Shown: positions 45,949 through 56,000 of the stretch, piece by piece
Layout: the number at the start of each line of letters is the position of its first letter
Numbering within the stretch: position 1 is the first letter of the stretch
DNA from: a virus
Lineage: Duplodnaviria; Caudoviricetes
IMG/VR virus record: IMGVR_UViG_3300031998_000003
Span: 184,670 to 248,669 of that record
Direction: 5' to 3' (one strand)
DNA length: 64,000 bases
Made by a program: the position numbers and the translations under genes
The notes under the pieces: model-generated
What the model was told of the DNA's origin: nothing
The model's database searches: none
Seen by the model: only the letters and a program-made list of their open reading frames with translations

Positions 45949-47595
45949 ATGAACTTGAAGAAAATCGATCCAAATCGAAAGAAATTGGATGCTTCGATGA
46001 TGAATATCACCAAAATCTTGCACGACATCTACAAGAACAAGTCTTCCGATGAGTACAAGATGATGGGTGACATTACAAAGTCATCGTCATATGACAAAAT
46101 CGAAAAGTCTGTAGCTGATCTCAGCGTGCTGAAAGGTTTTCCGAAATCCGATGCATCGGATCTAAATCAGGTGTTCAATGCACTCCACCGTCCGTTTTTC
46201 AAGAACATGGTGAAAGCATACGTTTCTGAACCGAACGAGAAGAACACCGTGTTCTGTGCATTGTTCACACTCGGATACCGCATGCTTGTCGGTGAGCTTT
46301 CTCGCATCTTTGCTTCAACAGAAGCAACTCAGACTGGTATTGTCTACAAGCCTACCAAAGTTTCCCGCAAGAATGATATCTCGAAGGTCATTGCTCTGTA
46401 TAAGGGAGATATGGAAGCGAAGATCAATGCTGCGATTCGTGCATCTCATGCTTCGTCTAATACTGTAAACGAAGCTATGATCGAGACTGTTATCGAACAG
46501 CTCTATGTCGAGGAGTATCTCGACGAGAAGTTTGATGATATCTATGATGAAAGCGTTCAGGCTGAGAAACGGAAATCTCGTGAAGCAATCTTTGATATTC
46601 TGCACGGACCCGTTGTCATGGAGAGTACTTCTGATGACGGAGATGATGTTGAACCTGTCGAAGAAAGCAGCGATTTACAAAAAGAGCTTGAAAAAATCAG
46701 AGAATTCAAGGCTAAGCATCCTGGTGTAAGTCCGCGCAAACCGGTTGACAGAGAAACTGAGATAAAAGATGCTCTTGCGGATATTCAAGATTTCAAAGCC
46801 AAGCATCCTGGTATTAAACCACGTCCACCGATGGACAATGAAACCAGAACGAGAGAAATGCTTGCAGATATTCAAGATTTCAAAGCTAAGCATCCTGGTG
46901 TCGGTCCTGTCAAAGAGGATATCTCTACAGCGGTTGATCCTTCTTACGGATCCGCTCCAACTGGCGCTGATACGCCTGTTGATACTTCCGATGATGGTTC
47001 CACGGTTGATACCACTTCTGAGTGCGGACAATGCAACAGCTATACTGCTACACCGAAATCCATTCAGGAAGGTGTTACTGACCGTCTACTCAGGACGTCC
47101 GATAAGCTGAATGATTTCGCTGACAAGATTGGCCCGAAGCTCGGAAATATTGCAGCATGGGTCACTCCAATTTCAACTGGAATCGGTATTCTTGCCGGAC
47201 TTCTGGGAAGAGTTACATCTTTTGCATCTGGTCGTAATCCGATCGCAGAAATCAATTTCTTCTTCACGGATTCTTATGACAAGAAGATCAGAAAGCTTGA
47301 TGATGTCACTGATCTGTATCTCTCAACAAAGGAAGCCTACAATCAATATATGAGACTTCCGTCTGAGAAGAGAAATCGTCAGATCATCGACAAGTATAAG
47401 CAGAACATGGAGAAGTACAACATCAAAATGCAGAATCTTGCTGCCGAGATTGAACACTACAATTCTCGTGCAAAGCAGGAAGCGGATGATGCTGACGACG
47501 ATGTTGAAGAGAAGATTCCTTCCACAACATCCACTCCTTCAAAGCCGGAGACGGACAAGAAACCGCCACAGCAGGATGATGACTTCCAGTTCTAA
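45949..47595 (+). CDS. Virion (head) protein with repeats and probable protease sites
   Basis: VNEA, VMES, VEES, IQEG sites; three FKAKHPG repeats; C-terminal coiled coil. Confidence 0.65.
   Translation: MNLKKIDPNRKKLDASMMNITKILHDIYKNKSSDEYKMMGDITKSSSYDKIEKSVADLSVLKGFPKSDASDLNQVFNALHRPFFKNMVKAYVSEPNEKNTVFCALFTLGYRMLVGELSRIFASTEATQTGIVYKPTKVSRKNDISKVIALYKGDMEAKINAAIRASHASSNTVNEAMIETVIEQLYVEEYLDEKFDDIYDESVQAEKRKSREAIFDILHGPVVMESTSDDGDDVEPVEESSDLQKELEKIREFKAKHPGVSPRKPVDRETEIKDALADIQDFKAKHPGIKPRPPMDNETRTREMLADIQDFKAKHPGVGPVKEDISTAVDPSYGSAPTGADTPVDTSDDGSTVDTTSECGQCNSYTATPKSIQEGVTDRLLRTSDKLNDFADKIGPKLGNIAAWVTPISTGIGILAGLLGRVTSFASGRNPIAEINFFFTDSYDKKIRKLDDVTDLYLSTKEAYNQYMRLPSEKRNRQIIDKYKQNMEKYNIKMQNLAAEIEHYNSRAKQEADDADDDVEEKIPSTTSTPSKPETDKKPPQQDDDFQF
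46675..46920 (+). repeat. Three ~29-aa intragenic repeats (LxxIxxFKAKHPG)
   Basis: DNA TTCAA(G/A)GC(T/C)AAGCATCCTGGT repeated three times at 87-nt spacing. Confidence 0.85.
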
Positions 47596-47604
47596 GTATG
47601 AAAC

Positions 47605-47642
47605 ATGCGGGGGCAAACGCCCCCGCATCGTTTTATGTTTTT
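47605..47642 (+). terminator. Intrinsic terminator ending the late operon
   Basis: ATGCGGGGGC-AAAC-GCCCCCGCAT plus T-rich tail. Confidence 0.8.
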
Positions 47643-47656
47643 CTTGCACAAATATT

Positions 47657-47665
47657 TATATTATT
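47657..47665 (+). promoter_or_regulatory. Early-type promoter TATATTATT
   Basis: Exact motif upstream of RBS GAAAGGAGG. Confidence 0.7.
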
Positions 47666-47686
47666 ATCGCGGAAAGGAGGGGTATC

Positions 47687-48103
47687 ATGAAGTTGAAATA
47701 TATCGTCAATGATTTAGCCGACGTGTTAACAGAATATTATATTTCTTTACGTGGTATTCAAGTAACTGATACAAAAAGAGCAATCATGAAACTCCATCTA
47801 AAACAAGCGATAGAAGACACCTTCAAGTACAGGTTCGATCCAGTTGATGACGTTTGCAGTATTGATGTATGGGATTGGCCGATGTATCACAAATATGAAC
47901 TTGGGTATGATATAATATATGATAGAAAGATTGCTACAGAAATGGTATATGATATAAGGCAGAGATTACAGGTGTCTCTTTTACGAAAAGATCGTACTAT
48001 TGGTAATGACGATGATGTTATCAATATTCATGATGTTCCATTTGAGGGATTTGGTATAACCAAAAATGATATACTTCATCTATTAGATCTGGACTGTAAG
48101 TAA
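47687..48103 (+). CDS. Hypothetical early protein
   Basis: Start refined to ATG 47687; AT-rich. Confidence 0.7.
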   Translation: MKLKYIVNDLADVLTEYYISLRGIQVTDTKRAIMKLHLKQAIEDTFKYRFDPVDDVCSIDVWDWPMYHKYELGYDIIYDRKIATEMVYDIRQRLQVSLLRKDRTIGNDDDVINIHDVPFEGFGITKNDILHLLDLDCK

Positions 48104-48179
48104 TGTTACTGTGTGCAGATGTCATATGAAGCTCATTGTCATTTAAACATACAATCACACTAAATAGGAGGTGAGATAT

Positions 48180-48377
48180 ATGGAACAAAGATCCATTAAG
48201 ATACTTGATCAACAGCATCAACCAATTGGTGAGTTGATGACTGCGACAAATACTGACATACTTGCATATCTCGCAAAAGGGTTCATTGTGGAAGACCGTA
48301 GGACTGGTCAGCCGATCACTGAAGCTGATGTAAGTTCGTGTCTAGGTGTTTCCGATGGGGAACTAATCATGGGATAA
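48180..48377 (+). CDS. Small hypothetical protein
   Basis: AGGAGGTG RBS, ATG 48180. Confidence 0.7.
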   Translation: MEQRSIKILDQQHQPIGELMTATNTDILAYLAKGFIVEDRRTGQPITEADVSSCLGVSDGELIMG

Positions 48378-48519
48378 TCAAATCGACCAATAACGTGACA
48401 TGTGCATGCGGTAACAGCTAATATTTTATGTTTATAGGCATACATAATTATGATGTATAAGCGGGACAAGTCACCATGTTCCGGTTTACATATATCAAAC
48501 TTATAAGGAGGAACACACA

Positions 48520-48936
48520 ATGGCAACCGATAAGTCTTTCAGCATGGGCGAGTGGCTTGCATACTGTAATGGTCGTGCAGCAACTCTTCAGGCTGGCGCA
48601 AAAGTCGATTTCAAGAAGAACTACCTCAAGATGAGCTGTCCCAATAAGGACGAACTTGATGGTGCTCTCGCAGAAACCACCCTCGATCTGAGCCATACGA
48701 TGCAGGCAATTCCGGAAACGATCTCCGGTTTCATGGCAAACGAACATCGTAAGTTCGATCTCCCGGCCGTTGACAAGAAAACGGCTCCCGCAACGATCCG
48801 TGTTGACGCAGTTCCTGAGAAGGTGACTGAGGGAATTAATCAGCTGGGTCCGAACAAGGGTAAGCCGTACAAGTCCGTGACCAAGGCTCACGATGAAGTC
48901 AAGGTCAAGTCCCACAACAAGGACTTCAAGAAGTAA
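48520..48936 (+). CDS. Putative HU/IHF-like DNA-binding protein
   Basis: Strong RBS and codon bias; C-terminal IRVDAVPEKVTEGINQLGPNKGKPYKSVTKAHDEVKVK resembles the HU beta-ribbon arm. Confidence 0.5.
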   Translation: MATDKSFSMGEWLAYCNGRAATLQAGAKVDFKKNYLKMSCPNKDELDGALAETTLDLSHTMQAIPETISGFMANEHRKFDLPAVDKKTAPATIRVDAVPEKVTEGINQLGPNKGKPYKSVTKAHDEVKVKSHNKDFKK

Positions 48937-48982
48937 TTGACGAGTTTTGGGTTCCTCGTCGATTCAAAGATCTGACATGATA

Positions 48983-49010
48983 TTGTGGCGGGGCTTCGGC
49001 CCCGCTGCAA
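48983..49010 (+). terminator. UUCG hairpin, terminator-like
   Basis: TTGTGGCGGGGC-TTCG-GCCCCGCTGCAA; weak U tract. Confidence 0.6.
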
Positions 49011-49041
49011 TTATCAATATTTTGTGAAAGGAAGAATAATC

Positions 49042-49482
49042 ATGAAAGATATAATGTACGAAAAGATCAGTCCGCGTTACCTTGAAAAGAGTCTCACCAG
49101 ACGTCCGATGTTCCAGTTTGCCGTGGACGAGTTCCTCAGTAAATACAAAGACAGACTGAGTGATCCGGAGACGTTCTGTAAAGAAGAGCACTATGTGTTC
49201 GGCGCAGTTCTGTCAAAGGGTGAACTTAAAGGTGAGTCTGCTGCAGAGGACTTTGAGTTGCTCATGACTCTCATCCTTAAGGACAAAAAGATTGACATCG
49301 TTGTCTTTGACATCAATGATCTCGATCATGTCGAGTGTGACTATCTCCAGAATGTCGCATTTATGCAATGGACTGGTGATGCTGATGAGTTCGTTGAGCT
49401 CAAAGATGTCTATGAACGACGTCTTGTATTTGCACGAGTTCCCAAGGAGAAGCTGTCTCTCAGTTCTATGATTGCATGCTGA
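49042..49482 (+). CDS. Hypothetical protein
   Basis: GAAAGGA RBS, ATG 49042. Confidence 0.7.
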   Translation: MKDIMYEKISPRYLEKSLTRRPMFQFAVDEFLSKYKDRLSDPETFCKEEHYVFGAVLSKGELKGESAAEDFELLMTLILKDKKIDIVVFDINDLDHVECDYLQNVAFMQWTGDADEFVELKDVYERRLVFARVPKEKLSLSSMIAC

Positions 49483-49493
49483 AAGGAGACACC

Positions 49494-49997
49494 ATGGAAC
49501 TCGAAATCGTATATCCAAAATATGATCAACTTCCATTCTCAGCTAAAGACTATTTCATTGACAAATGGATGAAAGTGGCGAAAGAACATAACTGCGACAA
49601 AGTGTCATTTGTTCTCGCTGAGAAAAAGATCGAAAATGCTGAGATCATTCGCTCCGAGTCAGTCTTTCTGAATCCGCTGGAACGGGTTCTCATGGACTAC
49701 ATGAAGAGAACCTTCCCTGAAAACGATCAGAAAGAAATGCTCGTCCAAAATGAAGATGGTCTTATTGATCTTGCACATACAATAACAGACGATAAGCACT
49801 CAATCAAGGTATCGCTTAGCGTACAAGCAACAAGGATCATCTATATGGTTGACAACAAAGTTGTTCACATAGACGAGTATCCGACAGCAGGTCTTATGGC
49901 ATTGGCATTAGACGGCGTTGAGTTTGACGATCTTATTCATGACGCGGAAGTGTGGTGGTTGACCACACAGCCTGCTAAGATTGCCGACAAGAAATAA
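49494..49997 (+). CDS. Hypothetical protein
   Basis: GAAAGGAG RBS, ATG 49494. Confidence 0.7.
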   Translation: MELEIVYPKYDQLPFSAKDYFIDKWMKVAKEHNCDKVSFVLAEKKIENAEIIRSESVFLNPLERVLMDYMKRTFPENDQKEMLVQNEDGLIDLAHTITDDKHSIKVSLSVQATRIIYMVDNKVVHIDEYPTAGLMALALDGVEFDDLIHDAEVWWLTTQPAKIADKK

Positions 49998-50006
49998 TAA
50001 GAAGAT

Positions 50007-50041
50007 GGGTGGGGGTAATACCCCCACCCTTTCTTTTTTTT
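50007..50041. terminator. Terminator between convergent genes
   Basis: GGGTGGGGG-TAATA-CCCCCACCC plus T tract. Confidence 0.8.
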
Positions 50042-53000
50042 ATAGAAACGCTGACGCCAATTGTTGAATAAATAAATCATCTTCTTCTGTGAAATCATCA
50101 TCGTCATCTTCAAGATACTCTGGGAGTTCCTCAAAGATTTCATTAACAAGTTCATTGATTCGCGGTGCTTCAACATTATAGTCATTCACCAGAACTTCGT
50201 CAATGTACTCCGATAGATCAAATCCACTTGTAGAAAAACGATTTATGATCAACGCACTGGATTGCGGTTGTGATGTAAAGTTTGATGGTAATGCTGGAAT
50301 CTGGAAATTATCATCCATGCCAAAATTGCTATCGAATAATGTTGGTATTAGAACATCATCGCCTACCGGTAGTTCAATGTCTGCATCGTCCAGACCATCA
50401 TAGATGTAATCTTGTTGATCTGATAGAGACATTAACTCATCCTGTATCGATTCCACATACGATGGATCCTCAATAGCATCATCATATGTCATATAGTCTT
50501 CATCATCCATGCCACTTCCGAACATATCATAGTATTGTTCAGCAGCAGTATGACGATTGTTAATTCCAGTCATGCCCATCCATGGATATGCTTTTGCAAC
50601 AGCAGCATCAGAATTGTAACTGGTACCTGCTTCATATCTCCACAAGAACCATTTGTTTGCTTCTGTTGGAGATGATGCACGTTTAATCTTATCAAACAAC
50701 GTCGTACCATTTACCTTTGAATTCTTCTTGATATGATACAAAATTGAATCCAACTGCGAACTCGTATCAGAAATAGATTTACCCTTCTTGACAGTTCTGT
50801 TATACAAATCTTGTTTCAGATTGGATGACGTGAATTGTGGGATACCATAACCACATGTACCAGTACCTCTACTTGTAACGAACTGCTTTTCTGATTCACG
50901 TTTGCTATCAACATCTGATGTATATTGCTTGTCACCAGCGTCACCCGCAGGATATCCCCACTTAGCTTGATATGAGTTCTCCAGATTATTTGATTGGAAA
51001 TTTGATTCATACTTGAAACATCCCATCATACCTGCAGCGCCAATTCCGGACATACCCTTCGATGTCAGATACTTGTAAACTTTCTCTTCTGTCGAGTTTC
51101 CTGTCAACTTGGTAGTCTTCTTTTTCTTGCTGGTAGTAGTGGTCTCTTCATAATCGTCGTCATCAGATCCACCAACATAACGAATGACAACACCTGTCTT
51201 TCCACCGTAGTTTTGTAAATAACCGCTGCTGTTATACTTTGAAATGTCGATATCATCACCGTCTCGCGGCATTCTTCCATGTGACAGATAGAACTTTGCG
51301 ATATTTTGACCCTTGACGGATTCAGAGTTATTTGTTGGATCTCCACCGTTGAATCCATACCATTTACCACCATATTGGAATGCAGCCATATGAGCATGCC
51401 ACATTGTCTGACTTTTGTCACCCCATGTGGTACCAGGTAATGTGATATCACCGGCTTGATACGAACCATCATTCGTAACGATCCAGTCTTTTGATTTCTT
51501 ACCATTCTTTTCGTAAATATTCGGGTGACCATCGGAATTGTTCACACCCCAGCCCGATGGTGTTCCATTTGCCCAACCCATAGCATAGTCACCTTGATAT
51601 GTTGATGTATATGACTTTCCGCTTGCAGCCGGAAGGTAATAACCCATGCGTTTCACGATCGCAGCCTGTGTTCCAGTACACATTGCCGACATCATATCGA
51701 TTGTTTGGCCATCGTCGAATTTGATGTTTTTTATGTATGCTCCATGACCATATGGACCATGATCCCGATCTTGAGCTTCTTTTGCAGCCAAGAACAATTC
51801 GGATGCAGCTCTTAATACACGATCTTTACCATTACCCTTCTTCCGACTTGATGACGTTCCTTCATCATCATCCTCATAATACTCTTCATCATAATCACCG
51901 ACATCAATGTATCCTTGATCGATCAACCAGTTATATACACCTGCAGCAGTACCAATATACTTACGTGGACCTTCAGCTGTATGGATACATGCTGGAACAA
52001 GCGCTGTTCTGAAGAAGTGTTCGGAACCTTCAACCAGATCAGATTCCATCGGAGGACCATACCGCTCTCCGTCCTGGAGTTTGAATCCGCTTCTAGCTGT
52101 AGCTTTCTTATATCCAGCTTCATCCTGATCCCAGTAGCTGTTCTTATGAACTTTTGCGCGAGAATCATTCGTTGATGATGAGAAATATGTGCGTTGGATG
52201 TACTGGAGTTGCTCTTCAACAGTATCACCATAATCAACATTTTTGTCAACCCAGTTCATGATACCTTGTGCACGTTGTCCATTCACGTCATATGTGGTTG
52301 CAGTCAGAGACTTGGATCCCCAAAGCTTTTCACCACCGTCTTCCCAGATACCTGTTGATGTGATCGTAGCAACCTGTGCTCCAGTAAGACCAGCACTGAA
52401 TGCAGTCTTCATAAATTTATCAACGCCAGCTTTATTCTTATGGCTATCCCAGATGTTTCCTTGTGCTAACTGTCCCGTGAATTCAATGTAATCCTGATTG
52501 GATCCAGAACGACGTTTCTTTCGTCTTGTACCACTGCTTTCACCGTCTTCACGGTTAGCGGCCCACTCAGAAACCATCTCTCCAAACTGACCAGATTGCA
52601 CTGAATTATCCACAGATTCCATACCAGACTGGAATGATGAAATCATACCGTCGTCACCTGATGTTGAATTGATGATAGACATTGCTCCACCATCTTCACC
52701 ATTCAGAGCTTTGTCTTGTTTCTCCTTCAGGTATTCGGCCGTTGCAGCATCTACATACTTCTGTTTATAAGATTCATAACGTTTCTTATATTCTTCATTT
52801 GTTTCCGTTGAACGTTGTGGGAAATCTTTCTGGAAGTTCTCAAATGCCTTTGCTTCAATTTGTGCCTTTTCTTCATCAGTCAGATCAGCAGCAGTGTATT
52901 TCAACTGTTCGGATGACTCAGCTTTGGAAGCTTTGTCAAGTTTTTCACTCACAGTATCATCGTCTTCACCAGTGAATACATTCACCACTTTATTAGCCAA

Positions 53001-56000
53001 CTTTTGAAGTTCTTTGAATGCACCATTTGTGAAATCATCATCATCGTCTTCCGGTGTAAATGCTGTCAGGAACTTTTGACCGGTTCCCTTCATGGTTTTA
53101 ATTGCGTCTTTTAGACCATCTCCGAGTGAATACAGAGCGTCTTCATCACCAGAACCATAGGTTCCTTCAAGAGCTGAACCACGAAGTTTAGTGTTCTTTG
53201 ATCTGGTTGATTTAGATTCATCTTCGTCATCGTCGTCCAAACCAGCATTCGCCTGACCAAAGGTTATAGCATTCAAAGCTGTATCTTTAATCATGACAAG
53301 TTCACTCTTGATACCCTTTACAACGGACTGTGCACCAGATGTGACCATCTGTTTACCCATGTTGAACAACTGTGTTCCAGTTTCCTTCATACTGTCACCA
53401 GCAAATCCTGCAGTGATAAACTTCAGAATCATGCCAGTTGCAGCAAGCCATCCACCAAGAGCTGTCAAGATGATGCCGAAACCAACTTGGACAATACCGA
53501 GCATAATCTGTAATGAATTACCGATATGCTGGAGTAGAGGTATCAGGGTGACTTTGATCAATGCTGTCATCGGAACGATTAATATGTTGACAAGATCGGT
53601 TACCATCTCCAGGATTGGCATAAGTGTTTCGAGTAATGATGATATGATCGGCTCAATCGCGTCAAGAATCGGCTGTAAAACTTTAATCAAAGAGTCAACA
53701 ATCTTGACAATTGCCTCAGCAACTGCCTTCAGAATCTTTGTAACAAGTTTCACAATTGGCTTCAGAAGATTGTAGATTTGGAAGAACACCTTGTTCAAAG
53801 GTTTCAAAGCCTTCTTTAAGATTTGATCACCAAGTTCAAGAATCGCCATCAATCCAGTCATTGACTTGACAATAGTAGACACAGATTTCATGATACCTTG
53901 AAGGATCTTTGTCATACCACCAACCATCTTACCTAGATCGAATCCAATCGGACTCTTAGCGGAAGCCTTCTTTGCAGCAGCTTCTTCAGCTTCTTTTTTC
54001 TTGCGTTCCTCTTCTTCCTTTTTCTTTTTCTCTTCTTCTTCCTTCTTTTTCTTTTCAGCTTCAGCACGTTCTTGTTGTTTCTTTTTGACATTTTCTTTTG
54101 CATTGTCAGTATCACTATCTGTGATCATGTCAACAAAGTCAACCATTGACTCTGTATATTTCTTAACAGCTGATACCAATGTAGCGAATAGAGAACCCGT
54201 CGGTGACTCTTTCACAATGTCAGAAATGTCAGCAGCACGTTTGTCAAACAATGATGTTGATGTGATCTCAGGTTTTTCATCTTCGAAAACGGAAGCAAAA
54301 CCTTTTCCGAATGAAGAATTTGCAACCTTATCTTTTGCTATTAAAGCCACCCCACCGATTTTACCAGCAATATTGATTGCACCTTTACCGGCTTTTTCTG
54401 CATAAGGTTTCACTTTATCAGCAACCTTACTGGCAGCGTCTTTGGCTTTATCAGCAGCAAGCCCGCCAAGTGTTTTTACTGTGTCGACAGCATATCCTCC
54501 AGCTTCTCGAAGATTCTTTACAGAAGTACTGTTCCAGATATCAGAAGCCTTTTGTTTACCCATCCCAACCAGTGTCTTTGCTGTATCAGCAAGATATCCA
54601 CCGGTATCACGAATATTTTGTGCGGCTTGGCTATTCTTAATATCGGAAATTTTCTTTTTACCCCAAGCGATGGAATCTCTGATGATGCCTTTCTGTTCAC
54701 CATCTTTCTTCCCAACGAATCCTTCTTTGATAGATTTTGCTCCGGATATGATGTTTTTTCCCGCAGACTTAAACATCTTGGTTACCCATTTAACATATTT
54801 GCCAAGAAGGGAACCTAGCACGGATGTAACTTTCTTCGTTGCAGTTTTGAAAGCACCAAACACCAATAGGAAAGCTTTTCCCAAGAACGATTTTGCTTTC
54901 TTCGGTTTACCAACACTCTCGGAAGTACGTTGAATGATAGACTCAATACGCTTCTTGGCTTCAGGATCTTCGATTTCAGAAGCCATATCGCGGAGAGAAC
55001 CTATATCACCTTTGACATCACCATCTTCAGCAGATGTTTGAAGACCCGCCATAACAGCTTTGATTGTTGTGACATCCTTGCCATCTTGATCTTTATCAGA
55101 TTCAGACAATCTGCGGATGTCATCATTCAACAGAGTTCTGTCAAAAGAATCTCCTATGGAATCTACAGCTTGGTCTCTAATCATAGTTGCATCCGATTTC
55201 ATCTTCGACCATTCATTCATTGCTGCGGATTTTATAGGATTAAACAGTCCAGCGCCTTTGCTCTTAACCGTATTTACGAGTTTCTTAGCACTGTTCGCAA
55301 GCTTATCAGTCGGGGTTTCCGGTTTGTCACCAGGCTTCGGTGGATCTGGTAATGTTACGTCAATCGTAACTTTGTCAGTTGATGTCGGGTATGGAATTGC
55401 TATCGCGTTTATGTTGATCGCAATTTCTGTCGTTTCAGTATAATTCGGCGGAACAACATAAACGTTTATACCTTTATTCAATCGCTCAAAGATAGAATTC
55501 AATAAGCTGTATTTTCGCAATAATGTATCCGACAACAGATTTCCAGCGCTGTCATAACCAGACTTACGAACTTCATTATGAAAATCGGCCAATGAGTCAA
55601 TCTTCTTAAATAAATTCTTTCGATATTTTTCTGGTAACTCGTCTTCGGTTATCAACCCTTGACGAATCAATTCGAATGGAGTCTTTCCTTCGAACTCAGC
55701 AAATCTATTATCGTATCCGATCAAGTCTGCAGCATGTTTGTCAAATGCTTCTCGTGTGAATTGTGTATTTTGAACAGCTCGTTCGTTGACAACTTGTTTG
55801 GCTGCTTCGTTCAATCGATTAAATCCTGAATTGACAGAACGAACGAATGATTGTCTATATGTCTTATCAGCAACGAGTTTCGCTTCAATAAAGCTGATCA
55901 GTTTCAGCCAGTAAGAATATTTGTGTTTGGTATGATTTGAGAATATATTTGCAACATGTGTGTGAATACTATGAATGCCACCATTTGTCAGTTCACGTTC

